Assembly (NCBI GenBank): GCA_047967505.1
Contig: CM106538.1
Strand: one strand, 5' to 3'
Source of the DNA: Dipteris shenzhenensis
Taxonomy: Eukaryota
DNA: 64,000 nucleotides
In this document: piece by piece, positions 13,337 to 25,819 of the stretch
How the letters are laid out: each line of letters begins with the position of its first letter
Position numbering within the stretch: position 1 is the first letter of the stretch
Program-made: the position numbers and the translations under genes
Notes under the pieces: generated by a model
What the model was told of the DNA's origin: nothing
The model's input: the letters and a program-made list of their open reading frames with translations, nothing else
The model's database searches: none

Positions 13337-15640
13337 TCATGGACATTCTTCATTTGCGCTGTCTCCTTCTACTTCCTCCATGGCGAGCATCCTTAAAAAT
13401 TCGTGTATATGCAAAATACTTTGCTGTGGTATTTTTATTTTTCCTTCTACCTCATATCACATGCGCTTCTTTGATTTCTTTGCCCTTGAATGCCAAGACA
13501 CTATGATTGTCTCCGTCGAAACTTGTGAGACCGCTTCATCATTTGGGACCCACTCCTTCATTATACAATTAGTATACAATGTGTTGTTATCCATATTCTC
13601 CTTCCTGCCCTTTGGCTCATACCATACCACTGTAAATGTTGTAGCTCTCCCTTGGTCATCTCTTTGCACATCAACTACTTTTGCAACCCAAAACTTCACA
13701 TTCTCATATTCATCATCCGATGGCTGAACCACAACAAAACAATCGACCTCTATATCTACTTGTGGCATAAACTCTCTCTTCTTCGGTCCACAATATGGAT
13801 GTGGGAGTAATGATACAAATTCATTTTCAAAGACTGGAGCTGGGCGCAAATCGTTATGAACATTTGGCCAAAACATATTGCATTCTTCCTTGACATCCTT
13901 TGAGCCTCGCATTCTCTCAAGGTCCTTTATTAAATTTCGTGTCTTGTTAATTATAGTGTTATTGTGTTCTCTCCAAGTAGGCTTCGAATCAGGATATCTC
14001 CGGAGCATTTCCTCTTTGTATGTAATAAATGCTTTTAATCCTTCTATTTCACAGTTAGACCTCTCATTGAATTCTTGTATAGGAGCCCATGTTGGATACC
14101 TTTCCTTGCTGGGAGTTGAAGTTAAGAGACTGTAAGGTTCTTCAGGTTCCCATTTTGTATCATGAGAATACTGTTGCCATTGCATTACGGGTTTTTCATC
14201 TTTAAAAAAAAAACGAAAGTAGTGTGGATTGGTATGACCTGTCAATGCATCACCACCCGTTTGTATGAAAGGTAGAATGAAGCTCTTCTAATCATACATT
14301 CTTTCGAGCCTCTCACATACTGTACTTTCCTTATGACCACCAACTTGTCTGCCACATCTTCTTAACAAGTCATCTATTGTCTCCACATCCTTGCATTTAA
14401 GCTCTCTTGATACTGTGCTAAAAACTTGATCGATATCCTCATGTGTATGCCCAACATACAAAAATCCACATTCGACCTCATTGAAGATTCGATGAGCAAC
14501 TAGCATGGAGCAGAATGCAAACATGAGTATATTCTTATTTTCTCGCCAGCAATTATCAGCTTGTATTCTCAAAGTCGGTGGTAGGCGACCTTTTTCTGCA
14601 TGTACATTGCGAATTGCCTTCATAATAGATGTTATAACTTGATTGCTATCATGTAGATGCAAGGAATCAATCCATATATCTACAAAGAACTTAATTCCAT
14701 GCACTAACACTCCACATAGATGTGTCTTTAGAAAGTGCTTTCCTTGTATTTTAGGTGGAGTGGCAACAAACAAGGCAATGTTGTTGTATTTTGATCCATG
14801 CCATCTACAATAAGGCACATGTAGTCATCGGGATGCAAAATAGCTTGCTCCTTCCAAAATGCATATTTTTGTCTGGAATGTCAAATAAGGTCATGATGAG
14901 ATTTTTGATTTTTTTTGTATAATTCCCTTTGATTTGGACATGTTGCACTCTCAATCGCTCGCTTTAAATCATCACAGACATTGCACTTTGACATATTTTG
15001 CCTCCTTGGGATTTTAACATATCCAAAGTTCTTCTTCCAAAGAGTATACAAAGTATGAGAAGAAACTATGGCATCCCCTCTTTGCCTTTGCTTTTCTACA
15101 ATAGAGTCAAATACTTTGAGCTTTGTCAAGCCCATTGGAAGGTGCATTTCAATGATCGCATCACCGTTAGGGAGTTTGGTAGATATATGGGGTTGAGGTA
15201 AAGCATTCATGAATGAAGTCTTGCAAAATTGCTGCTGCCCTGACAGTTGAGATTCTTGATTTGGACCTTCCTCTATTACCGTGAATGCTAAATTTATTGC
15301 CGCCCTTTGCCTTGGTGACTAAATCCCAATATGTACCATGGGATAATCCAGTAATATTGTGATATGCCTTATTGCAAATCTTTTTTCCATTTATGAGAGG
15401 TTTTACCTTTTGTCTTGAACTTAACCTTTTATTGCCATTCTGAAGAAAGAGAGAGAGTTGTGAGAAGGTATTCATTTCTTTCGCTTCCTCTTCTTTGCAA
15501 CACGTGTCCTCTACATTCCCTGATGTCTGCAAGATCAATGAAGGGCATACATCTTCGCTTGTAACATAGATATCCCAATGCATTTAACATGTTCTCCTCC
15601 TTCATTACTCTCTTCCTCTTTGGTTGCTTTTGTGGATCTA
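13337..15640 (-). pseudogene. Sola-like (Sola1/DUF7869-type) DDD transposase, frameshifted
   Basis: Motifs KICNKAY..HGN, WKKNFGYVKIPR..SKCNVC..H, CLIVDGMDQ (D1), IQADNCWRENKN (D2), GFLYVGHTHEDIDQVFS (D3). C-terminal Tudor/SH3-like segment DCFVVV..FWVAKV..VVWYEP. A CGA>TGA at 13457 precedes a final frame ending at 13337. Confidence 0.75.
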
Positions 15641-15641
15641 C

Positions 15642-16831
15642 CTAGATTCGCTTTCTCTTCATGCATATGTATGACCATTTTCGTTCCTCGTGCACGTTGT
15701 TATCTGTATTTATGCACTTCTTCTCCTCACATTTGTTTGTAACCAAGCATCCATGATTGGTCATTGCATCCTTGGCCATATCACAATCAAAGTTAAATAT
15801 TGAATAATCCTCTGTTGATCTCATCCTCATTTTTAACATACTCTTAGGACCATTCAATGAATTCAATATTCTACGAGAGTATTGAGAACCTTGAAGCTCT
15901 TCCACTCCTGAGAGAACATCGCTCATTGGGACATCTTGCATGGCTTTCACAAATCCACAAGCTTGATTGACACCAGGTTTGTTTATATGCATGAACTCAT
16001 CCACACTTGACAAGACACTGCTATTGAAACCTTTGCCCTTCTCACTGTGCAAGAATTCATCCACCCCAGATAAAGCTTCACCTCTAAAATCATTTTGTTT
16101 CTCGGAACCATTGAACTCATCCACTCTAGATAAGATGTCACTTCTATAATTGAGTACATTGAAATCATCCACATTTGAAGTGATAGAGCCTGGCACATGG
16201 GCACGCTTTTTAGGTCCTTTGATATTGTAGTATACCTTGTCTTTATCATTGAAAACCACATGCCTCTTTCTCATGTTTAAAAATTGCATGCTCCATCTCA
16301 TATTCTTGCCTACCTCATAGTAGGGATCACATAAGGATGTTATGTTATCAACCATACCATCATCAGTGACTTTTAGAATCCTCATCTGTGTAAATGACCA
16401 TTGCTCCACTTGTTCAAATCCCAATACTTTACCTTCTGCTGCAGTATTATTTGCAAATGATCTCATTTGTAAAATGTCCCCTATAGTAAAATCCAAGGTG
16501 GTGCACTTTGTATTCTTGATAATGTCTATTGCATAAGTCTCATCGTTTTCCCATGCTATAAATGATTTGTTGGATGTATTGTAGGGCATAACATCTCCAA
16601 GTGTTTCCATATCTCCACATTTATACTTTAGCTCAACATGTGCGCTAAGAATCTTTGATACACTAACTGCCACCTTATCTTCGCCAAGTCTTCGAAAGTG
16701 GCAAACTGAATTGGGATCACTATCATGGATTGTAGCAAATGCAACTACTTCTCTTTTGCTACATAAAATCACATCCATCCCTGGAACAAAATCTATAGCC
16801 ATCTCCTTTGTGAGAGTCCTTTGCAAGCAAG
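15642..16831 (-). CDS. 394-aa open exon with TNP1/En-Spm-accessory-like N-terminal domain, upstream of the transposase
   Basis: VVAFATIHDSDPNSVCHFRRLGEDKVAVSV..METLGD..SFIAW resembles the CACTA TNP1-type motif; starts at acceptor-like tactgcag (16832); internal LSxVDEF repeats. Confidence 0.55.
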
Positions 16832-16924
16832 CTGCAGTAGCAACAATTACATAAATATTAGTCTCTTTTTAATAATCTACTCATTTATTATAATTTTTAA
16901 TTAGTACTTAATTTATTGGAGAAG

Positions 16925-19900
16925 TTATCCGATCAAGTACTCATTAGATGGACATGCCACTTTGTATGCAACTCAATAACATCTATGTTGGGGTGAGTGC
17001 AAAGTATTATGCCCATCGTCTATGCTTTACATGTATATCACGCAGTAAACACCATTTGTGCCTTAGATTCAAACAAGTACTTCTCAGATGGGGGCTCCAC
17101 TTTGCATGCAAGTCCGTTTCAACTAGGTTGAGGTGCATGCAAATTATTGTGACCATCAGATATGCTTTGCATGGTCGATCACGCATTATACACCGTTTTT
17201 CCCTAGTGATATGCACATCCATAAAAAAACATGCCCTTAGGTGTGTTATCCAACCAAGTACTTATCTGATGGGTGTGCCTCTTTGAGAACATGTCAATAC
17301 CACCTAGATTGAGGCATAGGAAAAGTATTCTGTCCATCGGATATCTTTTGCATTGTCGATAAAAAAACATGATGCTAGGTATGTTATCCGATCAAGTACT
17401 TATGCGATGGGCACGTCAATTTGCATGTAAGTGAAATCCACCTAGTTGAAGGTGTGTGCAAATTATTGTGCCCATTGGATATGTTTTGCATTGCCGATCA
17501 AGCATAAAATACCGTTTTTGCCTTAGTGTCATGCACATCCGTAAAAAAACATGCTGCTAGGTATGTTATTCGATCAAGTACTTATGGAATGGGTGCTCCA
17601 CTTTGCACGCAAGTCTGTTTCAGCTAGGTTGAGGTGCGTGCAAAGTATTGTGACCATCGGATATGCTTTGCATGGTCGATCACGCATTATCCACCATTTT
17701 TCCCATAGTGATATGCACATCCGCAAAAAAACACACCCTTAGGTATGTTATCTAACCAAGTACTTATCGGATAGGTGTGCCTCTTTGATAACATTTCAAT
17801 ACCACCTAGGTTGAGGCATAGGAAAATTATTGTGCCCATCGGATATCCTTTGCATGGTCGATCGAGCATTAAATACTATTTTTGCTCTAGTGTCATGCAC
17901 ATCCGTAAAAAAACATGCTGCTAGGTATGTTATCCGATCAAGTACTTATGGGATGGGCGCCCCACTTTGCATGTAAGTTAATTCCACCTAGTTGAAGGTG
18001 TGTGCAAAGTATTGTGCCCTTCGGATGTGCTTTGCATTGTCCTAGGTGTGTTATTCAAACAAGTACTTCTCAGATGGGGGCTCCACTTTGCATGCAAGTC
18101 CATTTCAACAAGTTTGAGGTGCGTGCAAAGTATTGTGACCATCGGATATGCTTTGCATGGTCGATCACCTATGATACACCATTTTTCCCCTAGTGATATG
18201 CACATCCGTAAAAAAATAGGCCCTTAGGTGTGTTATCCAACCAAGTACTTATTTGATGGGTGTACCTCTTTGAGAACATGTCAATACCACCTAGGTTGAG
18301 GCATAGGAAAAGTATTGTGCCCATCGGATATCCTTTGCATGGTCAATCGAGCATTAAATACTATTTTTGCTCTAGTGTCATGCACATCCATAAAAAGACA
18401 CGATGCTAGGTATGTTATCTGATCAAGTACTTATGGGATGCGCACGCCGCTTTGCATGTAAGTCAATTCCACCTAGTTGAAGGTGTGTGCAAAGTATTGT
18501 GCCCATCGGATATGCTTTGCATTGTCGATCAAGCGTAAAACACTGTTTTTGCTTTAGTGTTATGCACACCATAAAAAAACATGTCCTAGGTGTGTTATTC
18601 AAACAAGTACTTCTTAGATGGGGGCTCGACTTTGCACACAAGTAGGTTTTAACTAGGTTGAGGTTAATTCAAAGTATTGTGACCATCGGATATGCTTTGC
18701 ATGGCTGATCACGCATTATACACCGTTTTTTCCCTAGTGATATGCACATCCGGAAAAAAACACGACCTTAGGTGTGTTATCTGACCAAGTACTTATCAGA
18801 TGGGTGTGCCTATTTGAAAACATGTCAATGCCACCTAGGTTGAGGTGTAGGAAAATTATTGTGTCCATCGGATATGCTTTGCATGGTTGATCGAGCATTA
18901 AATACCATTTTTGCCTTGGTGTCATGCACATCCGTAAAAAAACATGCTACTAGGTATGTTATGATTTATCCGATCAAGTACTTATGAGATGGGCATGCCA
19001 CTTTACATGTAAGTCAGTTCCACCTAGTTTAAGGTGTGTACAAAGTATTATGCCCATCAGATATGCTTTGCATTACCGATGAAGCATAAAACACCATTTT
19101 TGCTCTAGTGTAATGCACAACCATAAAAAAACACGATCCTAGGTGTGTTATTCAATCAAGTACTTATCGGATGGGGGATCCACTTTGCACGCAAGTATCT
19201 TTCAACTAGGTTGAGGTGTGTGCAAAGTATTGTAACCATTGTATATGCTTTGCATGGTTGATCACGCATTGTACACTGTTTTCCCCCTAGTGATATGCAC
19301 ATCCGCAAAAAAACACGCCCTTAGGTGTGTTATCTGACCATGTACTTATTGGATGGGTGTGCCTGTTTGAAAACATGTCAATACCACCTAGGTTGAGGGG
19401 TAGGAAAAGTATTGTGCCCATTGGATATGCTTTGCATGGTCGATCGAGCATTAAATACCATTTTTGCCTTGGTGTCATGCACATCTGAAAAAACACGCTG
19501 CTAGGTATGTTATTCGATCAAGTACTTATGGGATGGGTGCACCACTTTGCATGTAAGTCAATTCCACCTAGTTGAAGGTGTGTGCAAAGTATTTTGCCCA
19601 TCGGATATGCTTTGCATTGTTGATCAAGCATAAAACACCATTTTTGCCTTAGTGTCATGCACAACCATAAAGAAACATGGTCCTAGGTGTGTTATTCAAA
19701 CAAGTACTTCTCAGATGGGAGCTCCACTTTGCATGCAAGTGCGTTTCAACTAGTTTGAGGTGCATGCAAAGTATTGTGACCATCGGATATGCTTTGCATG
19801 GTCCATCACGCATTATACACCATTTTTCCCCTAGTGATATGCACATCCATAAAAAACACGCCCTTAGGTGTGTTATCCAACCAAGTACTTATCTGATCGG

Positions 19901-21980
19901 TGTGCCTCTTTGAAAACATGTTAATACCACCTAGGTTGAGGCATAGGAAAAGTATTGTGCCCATCGGATATCCTTTGCATTGTCGATCGAGCATTAAATA
20001 CCACTTTTGCTCTGGTGTCATGCACATTCATAAAAAAACACGCTGCTAGGTATGTTATCCGATCAAGTACTTATGGGATGGATGCGCCACTTTGCATGTA
20101 AGTTGATTCCACCTAGTTGAAGGTGTGTGCAAAGTATTGTGCCCATCGGATATGCTTTGCATTGTCGATCAAGCATAAAACACCGTTTTTGCCTTAGTGT
20201 TATGCACAATCATAAAAAAACACGGTCCTAGGTGTGTTATTCAAGTACTTCTCAGATAGGAGCTCCACTTTGCATGCAAGTCTGTTTCAGCTAGGTTGAG
20301 GTGCATGCAAAGTATTGTGACCATCGGATATGCTTTGCATGGTCAATCACGCATTATCCACCGTTTTTCCTCTAGTGATATGTACATCCACAAAAAAACA
20401 CACCCTTAGGTATGTTATTTGACCAAGTACTTATCGGATGGGTGTGCATCTTTGATAACATTTCAATACCAACTAGGTTGAGGTGTAGGATAATTTTTGT
20501 GCCCATTGGATATCCTTTGCATGGTCGATCGAGCATTAAATACTATTTTTGCTCTAGTGTCATGCACATCCGTAAAAAAACACGCTGCTAGGTATGTTAT
20601 CCGATCAAGCACTTATGGGATGGGTGTGCCACTTTGCATGTAAGTCAATTCCACCTAGTTGAAGGTGTGTGCAAAGTATTGTGCCCATTAGATATGATTG
20701 CATTGTCTGTCAATCATAAAACATCGTTTTTGCCTTAGTGTCATGCACAACCATAAAGAAACATGGTCCTAGGTGTGTTATTCAAACAAGTACTTATCAG
20801 ATGGGGGCTCTACTTTGTATGCAAGTCCTTTTTAACTAGGTTGACGTGCATGCAAAGTATTGTCACCATCAGATATGCTTTGCATGGTCGATCACGCATT
20901 ATACAACGTTTTTCCTGTAGTGATATGCACATCCGCAAAAAACATGCCCTTAGGTATGTTATCTGACCAAGTACTTATCAGATGGGTGTGCCCCTTTGAG
21001 AACATTTTAATACCACCTAGGTTAAGGCGTAGGAAAAGTATTGTGCCCATCGAATATCCTTTGCATGGTCGATCGAGCATTAAATACCATTTTTGCCTTA
21101 GTGTCATGCACATCCGTAAAAAAACATGCTGCTAGGTGTGTTATCCAATCAAGTACTTATGCGATGGGAATGCCACTTTGCATGTAAGTCAATTCCACCT
21201 AGTTGAAGGTGTGTGCAAAGTATTGTGCCCATTAGATATGCTTGCATTGTCTGTCAATCATAAAACACCGTTTTTGCCTTAGTGTCATGCACAACCATAA
21301 AGAAACATGGTCCTAGGTGTGTTATTCAAACAAGTACTTATCAGATGGGGGCTCCACTTTGTATGCAAGTCCTTTTTAACTAGGTTGACGTGCATGCAAA
21401 GTATTGTCACCATCAGATATGCTTTGCATGGTCGATCACGCATTATACAACGTTTTTCCTGTAGTGATATGCACATCTGCAAAAAACATGCCCTTAGGTA
21501 TGTTATCTGACCAAGTACTTATCAGATGGGTGTGCCCCTTTGAGAACATTTCAATACCACCTAGGTTAAGGTGTAGGAAAAGTATTGTGCCCATCGAATA
21601 TCCTTTGCATGGTCGATCGAGCATTAAATACCATTTTTGCCTTAGTGTCATGCACATCCGTAAAAAAACATGCTGCTAGGTGTGTTATCCAATCAAGTAC
21701 TTATGCGATGGGAATGCCACTTTGCATGTAAGTCAATTCCACCTAGTTGAAGGTGTGTGCAAAGTATTGTGCCCATCGGATATGCTTTGCATTGTCGATC
21801 AAGCATAAAACACAGTTTTTGCCTTAGTGTTATGCACAACCATAAAAAAACATGGTCCTAGGTGTGTTAATCAAACAAGTACTTATCGGATGGGGGCTCC
21901 ACTTTGCACGCAAGTCTGTTTCAACTAGATTGAGATGCGTGCAAAGTATTGTCACCATTCGATATGCTCTGCATGGTCGA
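16925..21980. repeat. Satellite array: ~29 monomers of ~181 bp in a three-monomer (544-bp) higher-order repeat
   Basis: Anchor caagtactt every ~181 bp; three variants alternate strictly; near-identical ORFs in the track are offset by exactly 544 bp (20763/21307, 20860/21404). Confidence 0.95.
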
Positions 21981-21984
21981 TTAA

Positions 21985-24170
21985 AGGCTGCATCAAACCT
22001 AAGGATGGTTGTAATGACTTTGACACTAATCTCTTTCTTAGGATTCAATAGGATTAAAATCTCTTCTTCACCAAATTCAAAAAAATGAGGTTGTTGTCGA
22101 ATTAACAACATAGCAGTGAATGAAATTCCAATCTGCTACAATAGAGTCATATTTTCATGACTCATCTTATTGAGAGAGTAGTCTACATCGTATTCTTCTT
22201 GACTTGCTATGTCTTCTACATCCTCCTTCTGCTATAAAAATATAAAAAAGTTATAAGATGTACACATCCCAAATAAAGGCTTAAACAAGCATAGAAATAT
22301 AAAGATAAGATTTCATACATGCTGCAATGTAGTCATATTTTTAGGTTGTTCCCCAACATTAATAATGGTTTTTTCATTAGACTGCATAGAAGTATACAGA
22401 TAAGGTTTCATACATGCTTTCATTAGAGTGAGTCTCTCCTCCTCTTGGAGGAAAAATTTAAAAAGTTATGAGATTTACACATCCCAAATAAAAATAAAGG
22501 TTTAAATAATCATAGAAGTATAAAGATAGCATGATTTCATTAGACTCAGTCTCTTCTCCTCTTGGAGGAAAATATAAAAAAGTTATGAGATTTACACATC
22601 CCAATTAAAGGCTTGAACAAGCATACAAGTATAAAGATAAGGTTTTATACATGCTGCAATGTAGTCATATTTTCAGCTTGTTTCTCAATTTTCTCAATGG
22701 TAGCAATTAGACGCTGAATACTCTCAGCCTGAAACACTAGTAGATCGGCTTCTGTATATGATTCCATTTTGACTGGTAACTCCAAATCAAAAATCTCTCT
22801 AAGAAACAACATGCAGTTGTAGGCAACTCTCCACCCACAGTTGTGCCCATCTTTTTGCTCCACTAGTAGACGTCATTTGAATTCTACTTGGTCTTGTTGC
22901 TCCGTGGTTGTTCTAACAGCAGATACTAGCCGAAATGCAGCATTGTCCATCATGACATATTAAATATATTAATATGTCATGATCATAAGATACAAAATAA
23001 GAAAGTAACAAAAATATTAAGAGAATAATTACCTTGGGGAGTTGGCATGATAGCCTTCCATTGAATTCACAAACCACAAATGGTTGACTTCAAGGTCCCA
23101 AGTGATCAGACTCCAATGTGAGCTACACAACCAGATTAAAAATGATTATTGTTTTACACAAACTTGCCAAAGAAATAGTAAAAATAAGGTTGGAGTTGAT
23201 ACTTACTCCTCATGATAAGGCATAAAGATGACTTGCACCCCATCTAAATTCAAAGGGCTTAACCAGGTACAAACATCTTCTATAGTCTTTTGAGGAGAGC
23301 TAAGAATAGAAGAAAGGAGAGCATCGAGCATGTAGACACAATTCTGCACTGCACTAGGAAGCTGAGAAATAGCTACACTACACCAAGAAATAAACAAACG
23401 TTAGCTCATAGAATTGATTTGCATTCCGCACTAGGAAACTGAGATATAACTACACTGTAAACAAATAAACAAATGTTAGCTCATTGAAGTAGCAACAAAT
23501 AAACAAACGTTACTTGAGAATGGCCAGGATAACATTGTCATTAACCTCTTTTAAAGGATTGGAGAGGATTGAAACCTCCTCTCTACCAAAGCTCAAATAC
23601 TGAGGTTCTCGTTTCAAAACGATCCTAACTTTAAATGAGCTTTCCATTTTATCCAATGCAGCTAAATTTACAGAATGGGTCTCTGTCATAGCTTGTATTC
23701 TATGTTTGCGGTCATTTTGCTTTTCCATGGTGTCTTTAAAGCTCTTGTGCTCATGGGATTCTTCAATCAAATTTAGAGGTGGTTGCATTGCTGAAGTAGA
23801 AGGGAGTGCCTCCATATTGACTTCATCCATTTCTTCTCCCTCTATTGCCTGTAAACAAATATGAGAGATTAGATTCATTATCTTTAAATTTAAATCTTAT
23901 TTAAAAAATTATATTTAGTTGAGAAATAGAGAGTTCATACCGCTAAGTATTGTCGTAGTGGTCTTTTTACATAACCTTGCGAGCCATAATTATCAAAGAA
24001 GGCATCATCATCTTTCTCTTCATCCACCAACCTCTCTCTAAATGGGTCATGTAAGTCCATCTTTTCATCATCATCAACTGGGACATTATGATCTTCAAGG
24101 TCATCATCCATCTCATCAGTCTCCTTGTGCTCTACCTCTTTTTCATAGCCTGTGGTTAGATCTGCTTGAA
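21985..24170 (-). pseudogene. Spliced Ulp1/C48-like cysteine protease gene, with a partial second protease N-terminus
   Basis: Phase-compatible GT-AG exons give LSNPLKEVNDNVILAIL-N...VYMLDALL..IFMPYHEDSHWSLITWDL..FVNSM..; next exon has VEQKDGHNCGWRV (His/Gln/Cys motifs). One in-frame TGA and an apparently lost acceptor near 22950. Confidence 0.75.
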
Positions 24171-24666
24171 GCTGAAAATAAGCCATGAAATGCTTGTTTT
24201 CAATAATATTTGTGGAGTAAAAGGTCTTATTTAATAGCATGTTATGAGTGTTAAACTGCATGTGAGCAAAGGGACTAACAACGATTAGGAACTAGTTAGA
24301 AAAATTTGAGCATGGCTTCGATTGGCAACTTGGAGAATTGTCTCTCCTCTAAGGCAATCTAATCTATGCTAAACTATGCTAAACCAACTGTCGAAGCGAA
24401 GAAAAGCAATAAATAATTTCTTTTTCTGTGTTCATTTTAATGTGTTGCGGTTTAAGAGGCTTAAATATGCAAAAGAAGGGGTTTTGATGTAGAGGCTAAA
24501 CTTGCATGTGAGAGAAATGAAGAACAAGTATCTAAAGAAAAGTTAACATTTTTCAATTTAAAAGAGGAATATATATATAAATATTATCTCACCTTCAAAA
24601 CAACCCATAAATTCACTCTTTTATAATTTTTTAAAAGTATAATATAAAACATGTAAATATATAAAA

Positions 24667-24684
24667 CTCTCTCTTTCTTCTGAA

Positions 24685-24738
<54 letters not shown>

Positions 24739-24997
24739 CTAATTCTCTCTGTAGCCATAGTCAAGACACCTCATTCTCTCTCTTTCTCTGACAACTCTTA
24801 TGTCTTTCCCTCTTTGTCCTCATCCCACTCATTCTCTCTCTTAGTTTATCTCAAGTCTCTCTTTCTCTCCCTCCCATGGCGGCTAGGATTTATCATTCTC
24901 TCTCTTCATCTCTCTCTCTCTCCCTAGGATTTGTAATTATTTCTCTCTCTCTCTCTCTCTAGAGATTTATTATTCTCTCTCTCTCTCTCTCCTCTTC

Positions 24998-25030
<33 letters not shown>

Positions 25031-25380
25031 TACCCTCTCTACCTCGCTCCCTCTATCCTCTTGGCTGCTAGGATTTGTCATTCTTTCCCTCTCTATGTCT
25101 CTCTCTCTCTCTCTCTAAATTCTCTCTCTTAATCTCTCCCTGCCTTCCTCCCTCCCTCCCTCCCTCCCTCTCTCCCTTTCTCTCTCTCCTCTGTCCCTCT
25201 TCTCACTCTTAATCTCTCTTTCTCTCCCTCCCGTCTTCTCTCTCATTTCTCATTCTCTCTCTCTCTCTCTCTCCCTCTCTCCCTCCCTCCCTTGGCAGCC
25301 ACGGCTATGACAAGTCTCATTCTCTCTCTCTCTACCTCCCTCTCTTGGTGGCCATGGCCGCTAGAAGTTTCATTCTCTCT

Positions 25381-25411
<31 letters not shown>

Positions 25412-25415
25412 CCTT
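24667..25415. repeat. (TC)n-rich low-complexity tract
   Basis: Multiple long TC runs. Confidence 0.9.
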
Positions 25416-25560
25416 CAGCTTTTATTTTGACACAATACTCAAGGTATGAAGTGCATAATTTGTGCACTAGGTGTTTACTTTGTTGTATCAAAATTGTTTG
25501 CCACACACACACACATATACACATACCGATAATTTGCTAATATTATCGCATCTACATTTC

Positions 25561-25819
25561 TCCGATGGGCACAAAACTTTGTACACGCCTCAACCTAGGT
25601 CGTACTGACTTGCATACAAAGTGATGCACCCATCCCATAAGTACTTGTTCGGATAACACACCTGCAAACATATTTTATGACGATTGTGCATAACACTAGG
25701 AACAAAATGGTGTATAATGTGCGATCGACTATGCAAAGCATATCCAATGGACACAAGACTTTGCACATTCCTTAACCTAGGCAGTATTGACTTGTGTGCA
25801 AAGTGGCATCCCCATCCGA
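25561..25819 (-). repeat. Inverted ~1.4 copies of the 181-bp satellite monomer
   Basis: Reverse complement reads ...ggtgtgttatccgaacaagtacttatgggatggg...cctaggttgaggcgtgtacaaagttttgtgcccatcgga, matching the array. Confidence 0.88.

Noticed and set aside
16925-21980. CRISPR-like array or repeat-protein gene (many similar ORFs in the track)
   Set aside because: No unique spacers. Whole monomers repeat, their length is not a multiple of three, and all frames are stop-riddled.
16832-22001. Satellite as a single cleanly spliced intron joining the Ulp1 and TNP1-like exons
   Set aside because: The candidate donor is phase 2 but the acceptor requires phase 1, so a direct in-frame join is not supported.
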